Shown: piece after piece, positions 62,534-64,000 of the stretch
How the letters are laid out: each line of letters begins with the position of its first letter
How positions within the stretch are numbered: the first letter of the stretch is position 1
Assembly (NCBI GenBank): GCA_051313645.2
Contig: JBNRSN020000023.1
Location: 77,128,001-77,192,000 of the forward strand
Direction of reading: 5' to 3'
Length of the DNA stretch: 64,000 nucleotides
From: Centroscyllium fabricii
Taxonomy: Eukaryota
Notes under the pieces: generated by a model
What the model saw: the letters and a program-made list of their open reading frames with translations, nothing else
What the model was told of the DNA's origin: nothing
The model's database searches: none
Translations under genes and position numbers: made by a program

Positions 62534-63364
62534 CACACGCCATCCTGACTTGGAAGTACATCGGCCGATCCTTCATCGTCGCTGGGTCACAATCCTGGAA
62601 CTCCCTCCCTAACAGCACCGTGGGAGCACCTTCACCACACGGACTGCAGCGCTTCAAGAAGGCAGCTCACCACCACCTTCTCAAGGGCAACTAGGGATGG
62701 GCAATAAATGCTGACCCTGCCAGCGACGTCCACATCCCACGAACGAATATTAAAAAGCTCTTGAAGTGCCAAAACATTTAAGTAAGCACCTCAATCTTTC
62801 AAGACAGTAAGTGACTTTTAAAGTGATTAAACACTGAAGCTAGAGGTAAAAGCAATTAATTACCCCACACTTAATTTATAGCCCATGGGGCATCTACCTC
62901 GGCCAACTGCCCATTCTTAGTGCCAACTGTGGCTCAGAGAAGCCAGCAGGAGCAGCACGGTCAATTGCTGGGCTGAAGCAACTTAACTGCTCACTCCAAC
63001 TAGAGCGCCATATAGAGCACAGGCTGAGTAATTACATGTACATCACTAAAAACAGAAAATGCTGGCAATACAGAGTGCGCCCATCAGCATCTGAAAGATC
63101 AAAAATTCTGATGAAGGATTTGGACCCAAAGCATTAACCTGTCTTCTCTCTTTTTTAGAAGTTGATGGACCTGTTCTACCATTTTCTGTTTTTTTTTACA
63201 GGACCGGAGAGTTTGATTTAAATAAAAAGGTGGTCTGATTTAGGTCTCCACCAGTGCCAGTCCGAGCTGACTGCGAAGTGATTCAGGGCATCCTCATGCT
63301 GAACCCTCCTGTAGATAGACACCCAATCTTAGCTTTTGTCTCCAGCAACATAGCTTATGGTCAA

Positions 63365-64000
63365 GGATCGGACCCGCATTCGGGGCTCAGACCACACTTG
63401 GGATCGGACCTCCCCCCAACCCCCTCAGGGTAAGGAATCGGACCCCACTTGGGAATGGACTCGCCCCGGGGGTATGGAATCAGACCCCCCTTGGGATTGA
63501 ACTCACCCCAGGGTCAGGAATCAGACAGCCCTTGGGATCAGACTGCCCCCCCATCCCCGGGAGTCAGGAATTGGACCCCCCTGCCCCAGGAGTCAGGTAT
63601 TCATAGAATCATAAAATCCCTACAGTGCAGATAGAGGCCATTTCGGCCCATTGAGCCTGCACCGACACATATCCCACTCTATCCCCGCAACCCCCACACA
63701 TTTAATCCCCTCAACACTAAGGGTCAATTTATCATAGCCAATCAACCTAACCCCGCACATCTTTGGACTGTGGGAGGAAACCGGAGCACCCGGAGGAAAC
63801 CCACGCAGACACGGGGAGAATGTGCAAACTCCACACAGATAGTCACCCGAGGCCGGATTTGAACCCGGGTCTCTAGCGCTGTGAGGCGACAGTGCTAACC
63901 ACTATGCCACCGTGCCGCCCTATTAGGCTGCCTTGGAATTTATTGCCCCGGGGTTAAGGATCAGACTCTTCCCAGAGTCAGAAATCAGACCCCCTTGGGT
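63365..64000. repeat. Degenerate GGAATCRGACCCCC minisatellite interrupted by an HE1 SINE (63602-63920, minus strand, short tail)
   Basis: Recurrent GGAATCAGACCCCC-like units on both sides of the SINE. Confidence 0.7.

Overview
This is eukaryotic, repeat-saturated DNA, almost certainly from a cartilaginous fish (shark-type HE1 V-SINEs, HER1/CR1 LINEs and SacSINE1-like Deu-SINEs). I could not support any host exon, rRNA, true tRNA or CRISPR array; every interpretable ORF is transposon-derived. The window holds many CR1, L2, RTE and Rex1 LINE fragments and several SINE families. It also holds Penelope-like elements with minimal hammerhead ribozymes, three Ty3/Gypsy elements, solo LTRs, and PIF/Harbinger-, pogo/Tigger- and hAT-type MITEs, often nested. 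The three Gypsy elements are a near-complete CsRn1-type copy, a gag-only copy, and a truncated YLDN copy with no PBS. The most notable observations are: (1) three Harbinger-type MITE insertions land in or beside Penelope hammerheads, two of them at the same CAT triplet; (2) a perfect 364-bp palindrome carries two hammerheads; (3) a truncated LTR element is flanked by a 125-bp duplication and may self-prime; (4) a gag-only LTR element has an unexplained C-terminal extension. Family names come from memory of motifs, not from database searches. Boundaries of degraded fragments are approximate.
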